Positions 13,801 through 25,693 of a stretch of 55,338 nucleotides of DNA are shown here, in pieces. The notes under the pieces are model-generated. The model was not told where the DNA came from, made no database searches, and worked only from the letters and a program-made list of their open reading frames with translations. The stretch comes from Catajapyx aquilonaris (taxonomy: Eukaryota). The translations under genes were made by a program, and so were the position numbers. The DNA lies in contig JYFJ02002528.1 of NCBI GenBank assembly GCA_000934665.2, forward strand, positions 1 through 55,338, written 5' to 3'. Numbering within the stretch: position 1 is the stretch's first letter; each line of letters opens with the position of its first letter.

Positions 13801-15708
13801 AGAATAGTTAACGTAATTAAGTGCCACGTTTGACGACCCTTTTGCTACAGTTATGAAATTTCCGGAAAATGTAAATTTAAATGTGACACGAACAAATTGA
13901 CATCACTGCCTTCATCATAAGCAAAAAGTCAAAATAGGCCCATAATTTTTGAGTATCACGAATTATTTTGGATCTGCACCACCGCCGTTTAAAGTGAGCC
14001 TGGTGGTTCGTGCGAGCTAGACTCAAGTCTGACTCGCTATGGAGGAAGTATAGCTATCTAGGGGATGGTAGGGAGTGGAGGAAGGAGGAGGGCAAATGGG
14101 GCAAAGGTCCCCGGGGTCGGACGGATGTGGCCCGTTTGGGCTGATCAAATTGCCATTTTGGCCACAGACGAGTTCCAAATGCCCAAGGGAGCTGCTGTTC
14201 TCCCCGTGTAGCAGATATGGATGGAGGAAGAGGAGAAGGACCAAATGCTACTCACTCTCAAATTGCACGGGGACATCTTCTGATTTGATCCCTCACGCCA
14301 CGTTTACCCCCTTCCCAACGCAAATCCCACCCATTGCCTTTTCTTCGGCTCAACAAGGGAACGCTTGATTTCTCCTTTGTTTAGTGCTCCAGCCTTTCCA
14401 AACTGGCCGACAGCTCTGGACTTTGTAGCCTTAGGAACTTTTCCTCTACTATGGCAGTCTTATTTCATGGTTGGCTGAGTCTATCCATCCTTAGGGCTGA
14501 TATCCCATCTCGCATGCTCTCTTTCTGAGTGCGCTTAAGCTTGCCATTTTGCATATTCCTGAAAAAGTCGGCCCTCCTCTTTTTACCTATAGGACCTAGC
14601 GAAAGGAGGGATTATATTTTTATTGTTACAAAGAAAGGGGTTCGCTTTCAAAAGCGACTCATCCTACGGAAAGTTTGTGCAGTATTTTTTCTAAGTTAGA
14701 GTCAAAATACGTACGGAGGTAATGTTATTGACCCATTTTATTTAACTAGCATGATCGAAGGAGAGGCAGCTCACTCAAGTTAAATCGGCAATCACCTTGG
14801 GAATGTGCAAAGAGAATTGACTTCTTACATGATCATTAACTTAACACGTGACAAAAAAATGAGCCATAAAACTACTTCATCGCTTCTACGTATTCTGAAG
14901 GAAATGTACCCCGCAAATGCATTACCGTATTCCCTGGTTTCCCAACTTTTCCTCTGCTCACTCACTCCCCCCCCCCCCCCTATCCTTACGGCCGTCAACC
15001 ATCTCTGCTTCCTGTCTACATCTTTCCGGATGGGGGAAAAGCCTCCCTTGGCACTCTTTCGGTGTCAATTCGTGCACCCGTATGCTGCACAAGATAGCGC
15101 CATTTCTGGTTTTCTCCATCCAAGAGGGAGAGGGAAAGAGGGTGACGTCAGGGCTCAGTAGTACTGTAGGTTTACAATTCTGAGTTTCTGACAAAAGGGG
15201 CCGAAGTTTGGACGTCTTGAGACTTGCAACCTCCAAAGTGACCATAGTGATGAGAAATACTGAATGTATTTTTAAAATATTTAACCAATATTAGCCTACT
15301 AATAATGTGATGTGTCTATTCCTTAAGGAAGCATTGCTTAGGTGTCCCCCCGATGGTATCTTCACCTTATCGTGGTGGTGGGGGTTTGCGTTTCTGCTGC
15401 GACCCCAAAAGCTATGCCGGCGGTAGCTTCGTCTACTGGTAGGGCCAACCAAGTCGGACCGGCCTTTGGGATAGGGGTTCAAGTCAAAGACATAAATTTA
15501 AAAAATGCAGTCTTTCCTCCTTTATTTTTCTTCTTCGTTTCTGTCTCCATCTGTCCCACCTTGGCGTCTTCTTATAGCCAAATAGCCATAGTTGCTTTGG
15601 CTTCTTCCTAATAAACCTAAACTTTAGGTGTCCATAACTGGGACCTCATTGAATGAAAAGGAATAACCATGCACAGTGTAATGTACTAACACTGAACTAT
15701 GTTACATT

Positions 15709-15745
15709 TTACCTATTCTCAAATGTGCCGTTTGAGAATAGGTAA
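15709..15745. repeat. Perfect 15-bp inverted repeat with 7-nt loop
   Basis: TTACCTATTCTCAAA-tgtgccg-TTTGAGAATAGGTAA. Confidence 0.85.
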
Positions 15746-16230
15746 TAATAATGTGCCACCTCTGAAGCACTGACCCTATGAAATATTCCACATTCAGTAT
15801 TGCAGTGAAGTCTTTTGTTGCAAATTCACAATTATGAGCAGAGACAGAGATGTTGGTATTTATCTGAGTTTGCTCTTTGGGAAGTGTTGCAAGACAGAAG
15901 ACGAGATATCTTGATTAGTGCACACTAATTATATTACGTTACCTAATCATAATAATGACTCCTATTTGATTATGTTATTTCAATCAAAATTCATGCATGC
16001 CTATTATTATTTATGTTAACTTACAGTAGGCCTGCCCATAGTTTCTATTTGGCGTCACCGCAAGGTTTTAAAAAATTGGTATAAAGCAACAGAATTATAT
16101 TCAAATTGCAAATGTTAAACAAAGCAGAAATATTCACCAGTGAAACTTGACAAAATAGTCCTTCTCCCACACTCGCATTAATTTACATATCTAAGACAAT
16201 AAGTTAGGAAAATTTACTTATCTTCTCCGA

Positions 16231-16307
16231 TAGATAGCGCTGAGTTAGTGGGAAACCATTACGCCCTCTGTCGCTGGGCACTGTTTCATCCCCACGAGCG
16301 CTATCTA
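16231..16307. repeat. 77-bp segment bounded by a perfect 11-bp inverted repeat
   Basis: TAGATAGCGCT (16231-16241) and AGCGCTATCTA (16297-16307), with partial inner pairing (GTGGG/CCCAC, GCCC/GGGC). Confidence 0.6.
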
Positions 16308-19300
16308 CCTGCCAAAAATAGCTAGGAAATTCACCTTGTTTGAAAATCTGCCTCTCCCCATCATCTGGAACCCCTGCCACAAAACTGGCTTAAAACAATA
16401 TATCAACCTCCAGCACCCCGCATGTATGCGCGCGCGTGTTTGTGTGTGTTGGTTGGTGTATGGGTAGGGGATGAAGCAGGGAAAGGAGGATGCTTTGGTG
16501 AGTATATGTGTTGTTTCCCATGTCGGGAGAGTGTCGTTGAGGACAGAGCATGCGGTTCTCTCGCATGTACTGGTCACCTCGCGCCAGATGACCAATTCCG
16601 CACTAGACCAAATTAGTCTCTGTTGTACGCCTGGAGAGCTCATTTGCCGCCTGATGGAGATGACTGTGTTTTCCAGAAGGGTGCACGCTGTTCCTCGCCA
16701 TTAGCTCACACATAAAGGATGATCTATTGCCCAGAGATAAAACTCCACTGTCCAGAAAGCCGGTGGGGGGAAATAATAGGAAAAGCCGTGCGGTGTATAC
16801 CGGTTGCAACAGACGATTACATGTACCAAAGGCTCCCAATGGAGATTCTCGAGTGGGTAGAGAGAGAGGGGGGGGGAGGCTATAATTTTGATTGGCCGCA
16901 AATTTTCAATAGAGGGAAATGGGCGCCCAATTATCGGGACAAATAACCCTGGGAGGCGACATTTTTGTGCCCAAGTGGACAGATTCAATGCGCCCGATTA
17001 CCTGTGGATTAACCTTTCTCCGCCCTCGCTCGTTTTCTACGCCCATTTCTTTCACCCTTGCTCTATCCGCCTGTCGATCATGCTCTTCCCGATCGGTCCG
17101 GCTGCTCACTATTTCAGCCTCCCAGTAGGGCCACTGACGTTATCGGACCATTCAAGACTATTAGACAAAGTGCACGCCTACTAATAAAATGCAGGATGAA
17201 ATATTGGGAACGCTCTAGTTCAGGTCTTCCTACCAGGATTTTCTCAGTGAAAGGCAGTTTGTTTCTTACATTTCACAGTATCGAACTGCAGATGCATTTT
17301 AGAATAATTAATATTTCCAACTTCTTATGTACAGTACGTACTGTACACATGTATAAGCAAAATCAACAATTGCCATTAGTCAGACAAACTTTCTAATAGT
17401 GTATCATTATTGGTAGTATGATACTTCATGGGTTATTATTCTCAGACAAGAAAAGCAGATATTGGGACGTGAGCCACATGAGTAAAGTAGAATACCATGT
17501 TATAATACGTAATACCATGATTGTTTGAAGTATTAAATAGCCTATTCACAAAAAAGCACCACGGGGCAATACTATAGAATTATAGATGGCTGGGGTAACG
17601 TTTATATAAAGCAAAAGGCTGAAGACTACTGCTGCAAAGAGAGAGAATAATCATATATTGGTACTCTTTTTTTCTTAACTTTCCTCAACTCACCATTTGG
17701 TGACACACAAGCCTGAAGATAATGATTATTGCAGCAAGTGCTCGAACAGTATCTAAATTCGAATATTTTATGTTATTGTAGTTACATATAAGTCATTTTA
17801 TTATTTTTAGGATTGCTAAAGAGTTACATATGAGAAAGGTGGTAAACACGTAGTAGAGCTGTAGAGGTAGTAAAAACACCAGAACCCTTTCAATGGAAAT
17901 ATGTTATGGACATGCAATTCTGTGCAATCAACAGATAATTATTTCAATATGATTTACTGTGGTTAGATTAGTAGATATTTATTCATGTGTACATTAAAAA
18001 CAATTTTAGTGTCCTTATATATAGCTAGAAAAATCATTTATTACCAGCGTCAATTAACTTCATATAATTATGTAATCGCTTTATTTGTCATGTGATCAAA
18101 GCAACTGAATCCAGCACATAAACAAATAATTTGTGCTTGCATTGCCTGTTGTTGTTATTGCATGTGCTTGATATTTTCGAAGTTTAAAAATGTATATTAT
18201 TGAACAAAATTACATGCATTATTACTAGTTAATTACGTAGCCAATAATAACTGCCATATATGGATTCTGTATAATAGGCTCTCTATTGTCAAGTATTGTT
18301 TGGTGAGATTCCACATGCATAATATACCTCATTTTCACTAGCTTAAAATGAGAGGCCAAAATATCCTTGGCACCAATGAATCAATAATTTTGCACACACT
18401 GAAGTGTCATTATCTTGTCCAATTTTGACCATAGCCGGGTGTTAGGCATAGTACACGGTGTCCCAAAGCAATATCTTGGTGTAAAGTTTGAGTTCCCTGC
18501 TAATTTAACTAGAAACCCTGGTTGAAGATACAGCCATGGATTGTCTATCTAGAGATGCAGTGTCAACTATAGTATCATTGTGTGTACCTCCACAATATGT
18601 GGTTGCAAGACTGGATGGTCATAACTTCCAGAAGACAAAGGTAAATCCGAGTGAGATTTGAATCAAGACATCCCTATGGGATCAAGAATATGGGGCATCA
18701 TAAAGTGTTGATGAGGTTTAGGAAGAGTTTGTATTGACTGTCTCTTGTAAGTGAGGATAAAGCTTCCGGACTCTAAACCGTTCATTGTGGTATAATGGCA
18801 TGTTTCAGTGGGCGTAGGCGTGTTCCGGTCCTTTCGCCGCCTCAATCTCAGGAAACCAAGAGAAGATTAGCAGGGATTAAAGCCTGAATAATTCAAGGAA
18901 GGGTGCCATAGCCCCCTTGACCAATAATCAATGGCTCACCCCAGCAGCCTGAGCTGGTGGTTAAGCCGGCAAGTGCAGCAGGCCTACAAATTAGGTAATC
19001 GAATTTTGGGGGTCACATTGGGTGCGATCATTAATCTTCTGAGGCAATTAGCTTAGCGCGTCTTCTCCCCCCTTTTCCAACCCTCTCCATCCCCCCCCCC
19101 CCACCTCATTTCCTCCCTCCTTGCCCCTTTGCTTCTTTTCTGGGGCAGGGCTACCAAACCATGCCAGGACCATGCCAAAATAATTCAGCGTACTCCCGAC
19201 TCATTAACAAAATTCCAGTACAGATTGGTGCAAAAAAAAACGCCAGTTGCTCTTGACGAGGCCTTTAGAAATCTAGATTGCAAAATTGCGGATTTGCGAG

Positions 19301-21663
19301 CTACACTTATTGTGCGATCAAGAGTGTCACGACTGGCTGGCGTACCTTTTGTGTCGAATCCGGTTGGGCTTGTCAAATTCGCTGGCCAGCACTGGACGAG
19401 GAAAGATTGAAAGGCTTCTGGCCGTTAGCTCGCTTGTGGTTTTAGCTATTTCGCTCCAACTGGCAGCCAGCTTTGTTGCTCCGTGCTGCTATGGTAACTA
19501 CTGACCATATCCCGCAGTTGCAGCACAGGACGCTACACATCATCAAGCTAACCGCAAAGTGCTTGCGGACTGGGAATCCACAGCAGTGGTAAAGCCAACT
19601 CCCGACTTTCCCGAGCCTGACCTTCATCCGGGGGACGGACCTCAGACACGTTGAAACTTGATGGCGCTGAGTCGAACAAAGCCAGCGTGGCCTGGCGCAA
19701 AGGCAGGGTAGTAGCGCGAACCCAAGGCATAACCATCAGGGTGAAGTCAAGCCGTCAGTGGCGTCCTTCCGATCCATTTTCGCTTGTCCCGGTATCATTT
19801 GCATCCCATTAGCCCAGCTGGTTCTTGAAGCCCCGCGCGGGGGTTGTGTGGGTAGGTAACGATGCTCCGGAGGACGCCTGCAGCCTACGGCTCGAATGGC
19901 AAGTGGTGGACACCGTCGGCCACATGCCCCATTTCCGCGGGCCTGCTTCCACAACGAGACTTTTACGGCCTCCTATCGTACTTTCGCCATTTTTATTCCA
20001 CTCTGGGTTCCCGGCAGCTTGGGAGATGATCATGGAGACGGACTTTGCCGCAAACAAGGTGTCAAAATGGTTGCATACTGCGGCTGTGTTTGAACCGTAA
20101 TAAGATGATAGAGAGGGCTTACGATTTATATCTCAGATCCAGACCTTTCATAGCCGGAGACGGAGTAGTTGCACGTTATTTTTGGTCTGAGGCTCAGAGT
20201 TTCATCACTATAATGTTCCACAGGCAGCATGTGCTTGGAAGGGCAATGCAAACACTTGTCGATTTGTCTGCGAAAACGCAAACATGGCACGGCGCGTTGT
20301 GGAGTGGGCGCAAGTAATGTCGTTTTCTGAGACATCTCCAGGTATTAGGCATACGAGTGCCACTTAGCCACTTGTGCGTCCTGCTAAGGTTGCCATGGTA
20401 CAGTTAAGTGTACCGTACAAGCAAATCCCAGCCTACTCGCAGAAGTAAGCGCGGCTTGGATCGCCAGTTCTAATCTCCACATTTCTACTTCTCGGAAAGT
20501 TTGGAGCGGAAATAAGTGTTCCGAGTGCTTTTTCAGCTTTTCCTGTCAAAGGAAATTTTATAGTCAGGTACATAAAGACATTAGTTGGAAGAGTTGTGTC
20601 TCGAAACTCTGTGGTTTCTAGCTGGGTGTTTCACTGTAATCCATATAGAAAGGTTCTATTAGGCCAGATTTATGCTCAAAGCTGATTGAGAATAAAATTA
20701 AGTTTACATCGTATTAGATAGTCGAGCGTTGCATTGCCATGAATGGCCCGTTGCATCAATGTCTGGAAGTGACTTTGTGCCAGAAAATCTCTCCAAAAGG
20801 GTCAGTACACTAGCAAATCTGTTCTAACCTTTTCCATTTACAGAACATGTAATCTCAGCCGCTTTGCAACAGTTCCCTAATGTACTGCTTCTTTGATTTC
20901 TAAGCCAAATGATGCCTGGTTTTGTGTTAAGATTTGCTGAAACTCTACAGAAGTAAATGTAGTTATATGTCCAAAGAATATAGCAGTTTGCAATACAGAA
21001 AATAATGGGATTCATCCTTGCGTTGATTTCCATCCTCTTGAGAAGCATGCGTAATATTCACAAGACAACTTTGTATTTGAAAGCATTGTACCCTCTTTTC
21101 AATTTAAAAAACCCCTTCACTGTGGGGGTTCTATTACCCCAAAGCATTATTTACTTAAAATGTATGTCATGAAAAGTTAATTACCTTTGATATACAGTGC
21201 GTTGTGCAGGTAACGTGCAGTTTTCAATGCAAAACATGAAAGGGTTCTGTTCATTTGTGTGTCGGTATTACTTGTAATTACAGCAGTATCGGATGTGGCA
21301 CCACTTGTCCATTTTAATGGAAAATTACTGGTGTTTAGTTACGGCATAACATTCATTATGCTGTCACATAACAAGCTGGGGTTGCGCTATCGGAACTCAA
21401 AACAAGGAAGCTCTTTGAAACAAGATCATATATACAGCCGTTTCCTTGCCTTCTATTCGAAAAAGTGAGATGTAACCCGTTTTGCTTGCTTCACCAGCTC
21501 TGCAAATAATTTTGGCGGAATACTAAACGACGACTTGTCATTCAGTGTAAAAGAATGGGACCGAAGAGCCGTAAAACGTCTTGCATGACCTCGCGAGGGG
21601 AAGCTCTGCAAATATTACGATAAATCAATGGGTGGACAGCAGTTCTCCCTCTTTTCTCCTCTT

Positions 21664-21705
21664 CCTCCTCCTCCTCCTCCTCCTCCTCCTCCTCCTCCTC
21701 CTCCT
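21664..21705. repeat. (CCT)14 microsatellite
   Basis: Perfect trinucleotide run. It explains the poly-P, poly-L and poly-R ORFs in the track. Confidence 0.95.
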
Positions 21706-24700
21706 GCTTCTCCACCACCATCTCACAACTCCACCTCTTCCTTCGGCAGATCCCTTGAAAATACGAGACGGGCTTTCCTTAGATTGGTAGCACACGATAT
21801 GGGGGCGGGGGTGGGTGAAGGAGCAGGAGACATCTATGAGGAACTGGGGACGTTGGTAGAGATAACGAATGCCTGTGTAGCCAAGTGCCTGGCGGCCATG
21901 TGGCTGTTTGAGACGATATACCCACAATTCATCCCGATAACGACAAACGACAGTCGTTAAGCCTGCCAGCTGACATGGTCTCCGTGGGGAAGACCACATT
22001 CTAACGCCTCCCTAGTGTCTCCTTTCGCTAGTTTCACGACTCCTCTATCCGGCCCTCCTCCAGGGGCTCCGAATTTCACCACCTGCAGCTACAACTACTC
22101 TCCTATATACTATTCTTACTACTATACGCTGTGCATGTAGTATTTTTCAATCCCCCCTCCCACCCCCGCTCTTTTTTTATTATTCCGGCGCCATTTTTAT
22201 TGACGACTCGGCACCATTTTCTTTGCCGTGAGACTTGATCTTTTTTTGACTGTTTATGGATGCAGAGGGCAGGTATTTTTTTGGAGAAGAACTTGGGCCT
22301 AGTTGGGTGCACTTTCAACATGGAGCTGGAGAGAGGAAATGATGTTAGTCAGGTCCGAAACTGCAGGGTAACCGTACGTGGGGCTCGAACAGTGCCGATC
22401 TCTTAGTTTCCGTGAGTAACGTGGGCGCATCACGTTCCACACCAACAATTTACCTCTCCTTAAGCGAGGTTTCCAACTTTTACTTGATTGGGAAAGGTAG
22501 AAAGTGGGCACCACTATTATTGTGGCCCCTTTTCTACCACGCCATTTTGTAAGTACATTAATTTTTAATTCATGGATAAGATATATTTTTAATGCAGAGC
22601 CAAAAGTACAGATGACACAGTAGTAGCATTGCGTTTCATAATATGCAATTCGCTCACCTTACAATGTCATGTAAATTATGTGCTTCTTTGTTATCATCAC
22701 GGTTACAGAGGTATAAATATATGAGTTATCACTACTTTGGGTCAAACTCTGGAGCCTCTTTCCAGGTTAGTTGGGCAGACCCGTTTCAGTTGCAATGTTG
22801 CCCTCAGGTTATTCCGACTGCTCATCTAATATTAACCAACAATCTCGGTATAATCGTGAGCCTAAATTACCCTATTTCTTGCTTGGCCTTCCTCCCTCAT
22901 ATAGAGTGTCTAATTTGTCGGAAAATTCGTTTAAAATATTAATACGACTCTTGCAATGAAAAAGAAACATTCGGATACGGTTCAAACACTAATTCATTGG
23001 GAAGGTTGAATATATCCACGGATACATTCTCCCAGAGTAAAAGGTTGGTTTTCTTATCCCTTGGCACTGACCTTCTGCAGACTCCTGACATCCACAGTCC
23101 ACATCATTACCTGCACCGTGAAGCCTTCCTTGATGAAGATTTTTGCCAGAACTCCTGTTGGCTGGCATCCAACAATACCTGTCACTTGATCAAGTTGAAC
23201 CTTCCCGCTCTCATGAACCCTCGCAACCAACTTTCCTACAAGGATTGCTCAGATCCTCTTCCATGAGGCAATGATCCATCGACCTCAACCCAAACACGGG
23301 TTAGGACTGCCACAAGAGTGTGGCGCAGGTACACATGACAGTGCAGCTTGGAATGATGCACTATCACTAAAAGCACGTTGTCTATTGGTCTTTGGACCTC
23401 TAGGCCTGCAGGACCATAACATCCGTGCAATTAAACGCATGCTGGTGTGCTGGAGTCCTCCAGAGCCGAATACATTTCAAGTTTATTACCACGCAGGCTA
23501 TTCGATAACACCGCCCAAATGAAATGCCGTGTACTCACACGAGTATGTGTTAGCTGGCGTGCTTAATTTTTGTCTGAATTGTCTCCGTGCAAGACTCTGG
23601 TATGTACCGCGTTCCACACTACTTTTGCTAGCTGCCTAGACCTACCTGGTCTCTCAATCATCAGGGGGTGGAGAGAGGGGGGATTCGGGACAACGTTACA
23701 TGTAATAGTCTGAGTAATCTGATGTGCCGTTAGCACGAAATTATCTGATTAGGCGGGGGCTAATCGGATACTTGAGGCGCTAAGTTTAGAACACTCGAGG
23801 GCTGGTGTCACAGTCAGGAAAGGTGCAAGGGGAGATTGGGCCACGAACTCTTGACTGATCAGATAACTACCGCGGGGGCTTTTTTTAGTGCCTGAAAAAC
23901 TCGGGCGATTCTGAGTCGGGTGGTGCAGGGGGGTGGTTGTGGGAAAATTAGCCGGTTCCCTGCGGAGAGGGTCACGAACCGATCAGCTTTAGGCCAAAGG
24001 GATCATCTTTAGAGGGTGGGTCGGTGACCTCCCTCCCAACAGACGTGATATGATGTGGGGGTCACCTATTCAGAGGTTGTACATATCCAATTTGAGATGG
24101 GAGGCCGAATCATGACACGAATCTTGATTGGCGGTAATGATGCAATTTTCAACTGTTTCCTGTGAATCATGTGTGCCAATAGTAACATGGGAGGAAAGGG
24201 TGAGTGGAAGGGAAAGTGTGCTATATTAAACCATTTTGTTCCTTTCGTTTGGATGGGTAGCCTTGCTGGAATTCCACTCGAGGCGAAGCTGGCGATTCTC
24301 CGAATTCCGTTGTAATGAAAGGGAAACTCACTACCCTGAGATCGAACCGTGGACCTTTTTTTTTGCTATTTCAAACTGCTCCTGAGCCAGATACCTTCCT
24401 TTTTAAAGTATTTGTTCTGGCTCATTTCAACAGATTCGCAAAACAGTGTTGGGCATGCTTGTTGCTCACACAGGTTCTGAGCTATATCATGTCGATATAT
24501 GAGAAAAGAGGAGCCAAGGAAAGTATTACTGCTAGAGTATTGTTGAAGAAAGATATTCTCATGCCTCAGAAATGATTTCAAATGTAACATTTTCATTGTA
24601 AAGATCTTCCATGGAGATGAAAATACTCCGAAATATCATCCCATTTAAATATTTGCTATCTGTTGATTAGACTTCTAATATTAACACGCTACCGCTGCTC

Positions 24701-25557
24701 AAACATCGTCTATGAAGAGACCTTTCAAGAGCAGTGATTCCCACTGCAGTTGCCATATTTGATTAAGCTTATCCAAGTACAGAATAGGGCAAGAGTACAG
24801 TGGGTAAAGTCTTGTGTCGCCCTCAGCAGTGGTAGAAGTGAAGATGACTCTGAAGCGAGGCTAATCCCCCTCTGACCTTCCACATTTTTATCCGCTGGAG
24901 GGTGTTCGTCGTGCTTCGGGAGTCAACGGCTGCCTGAGTTTCGGCCTGACATTTGGCTCCCCAACCCCCTGCAGCCTCCCACCCAACGCTCCCACTTCAC
25001 CCCCTCCTACCTCCTTTACGTGCGGCACCGGCTTTCATACCTTCGTCTAATTTCCATCTCATTGCCTGAAGGACGTGCAGCATCGATTTTGGCTCGTTCC
25101 TCAAGACCCACTCTGCTAATTTTCTCCTCCTCAGATCTTGAAAGGATGAGGGGTGGGCGGGTGGAAGAGGTGGAGGGCTGGTTGCTTCAGGCTGCGGCTT
25201 GGGCTCCTCTCCAGCCCCTTGTGTCACCAGAGCCCAAGTCGCAACACCCCTATTCCCCCCTTCTCTTCTGTCACCACTTATCTCCCTCCCACTTCTCCTC
25301 CCACCAGGAATCTGAGATACCCATTAGACACATGTTCCATGAGGAACATTGTATGAAAGTGAAGGTTTTGTCTAATTGGACACGCCTATTACTAGTCTGT
25401 TGAGGAAAACTGGAGGAAAAAAACGAAGAGGGTGGAGGGTAGGTGGGACACTTGAGCTCAGACGGGAACAATTAGGGCCTTTGTGATGTTGGGGAGTAGT
25501 GGGGGTAAATTGGCTCAAGTCGGTTAGTGAGGCACCATTACAAAGTGATGCAGGGTG

Positions 25558-25693
25558 CAGGGTGTTCCAAAAGTCAGCTCAGATCGGTATAGGTGTAGCT
25601 CCAGCACAGAATGAAGTTTGAGGAACTTATGCAAAGTGCTTGAGTCAGGTGCATGTACTGCTATGAATATCAGCTGACTTGTGGAACACCCTG
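25558..25693. mobile_element. 136-bp MITE with CAGGGTGTTCC terminal inverted repeats (Tc1/mariner superfamily)
   Basis: Left TIR CAGGGTGTTCCAAAAGTCAGCT versus right TIR reverse complement CAGGGTGTTCCACAAGTCAGCT (21/22). The right flank is TA and the left flank is TG, possibly a mutated TA duplication. Confidence 0.8.

Noticed and set aside
21581..21999. Poly-Pro, poly-Leu and poly-Arg ORFs
   Set aside because: These are translations of the (CCT)n microsatellite, with no recognisable domain or convincing splice sites.
22755..22771. Recursive splice site candidate CCTCTTTCCAG|GTTAGT
   Set aside because: The pyrimidine tract is short, there is a competing AG just upstream, and the donor is non-optimal. 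Nascent RNA-seq would be needed.
23060..23300. LINE endonuclease start (GLW-VRSL, similar to GTWNVRSL) on the minus strand
   Set aside because: It needs a frameshift within an 8-residue motif, and no downstream endonuclease motifs follow.
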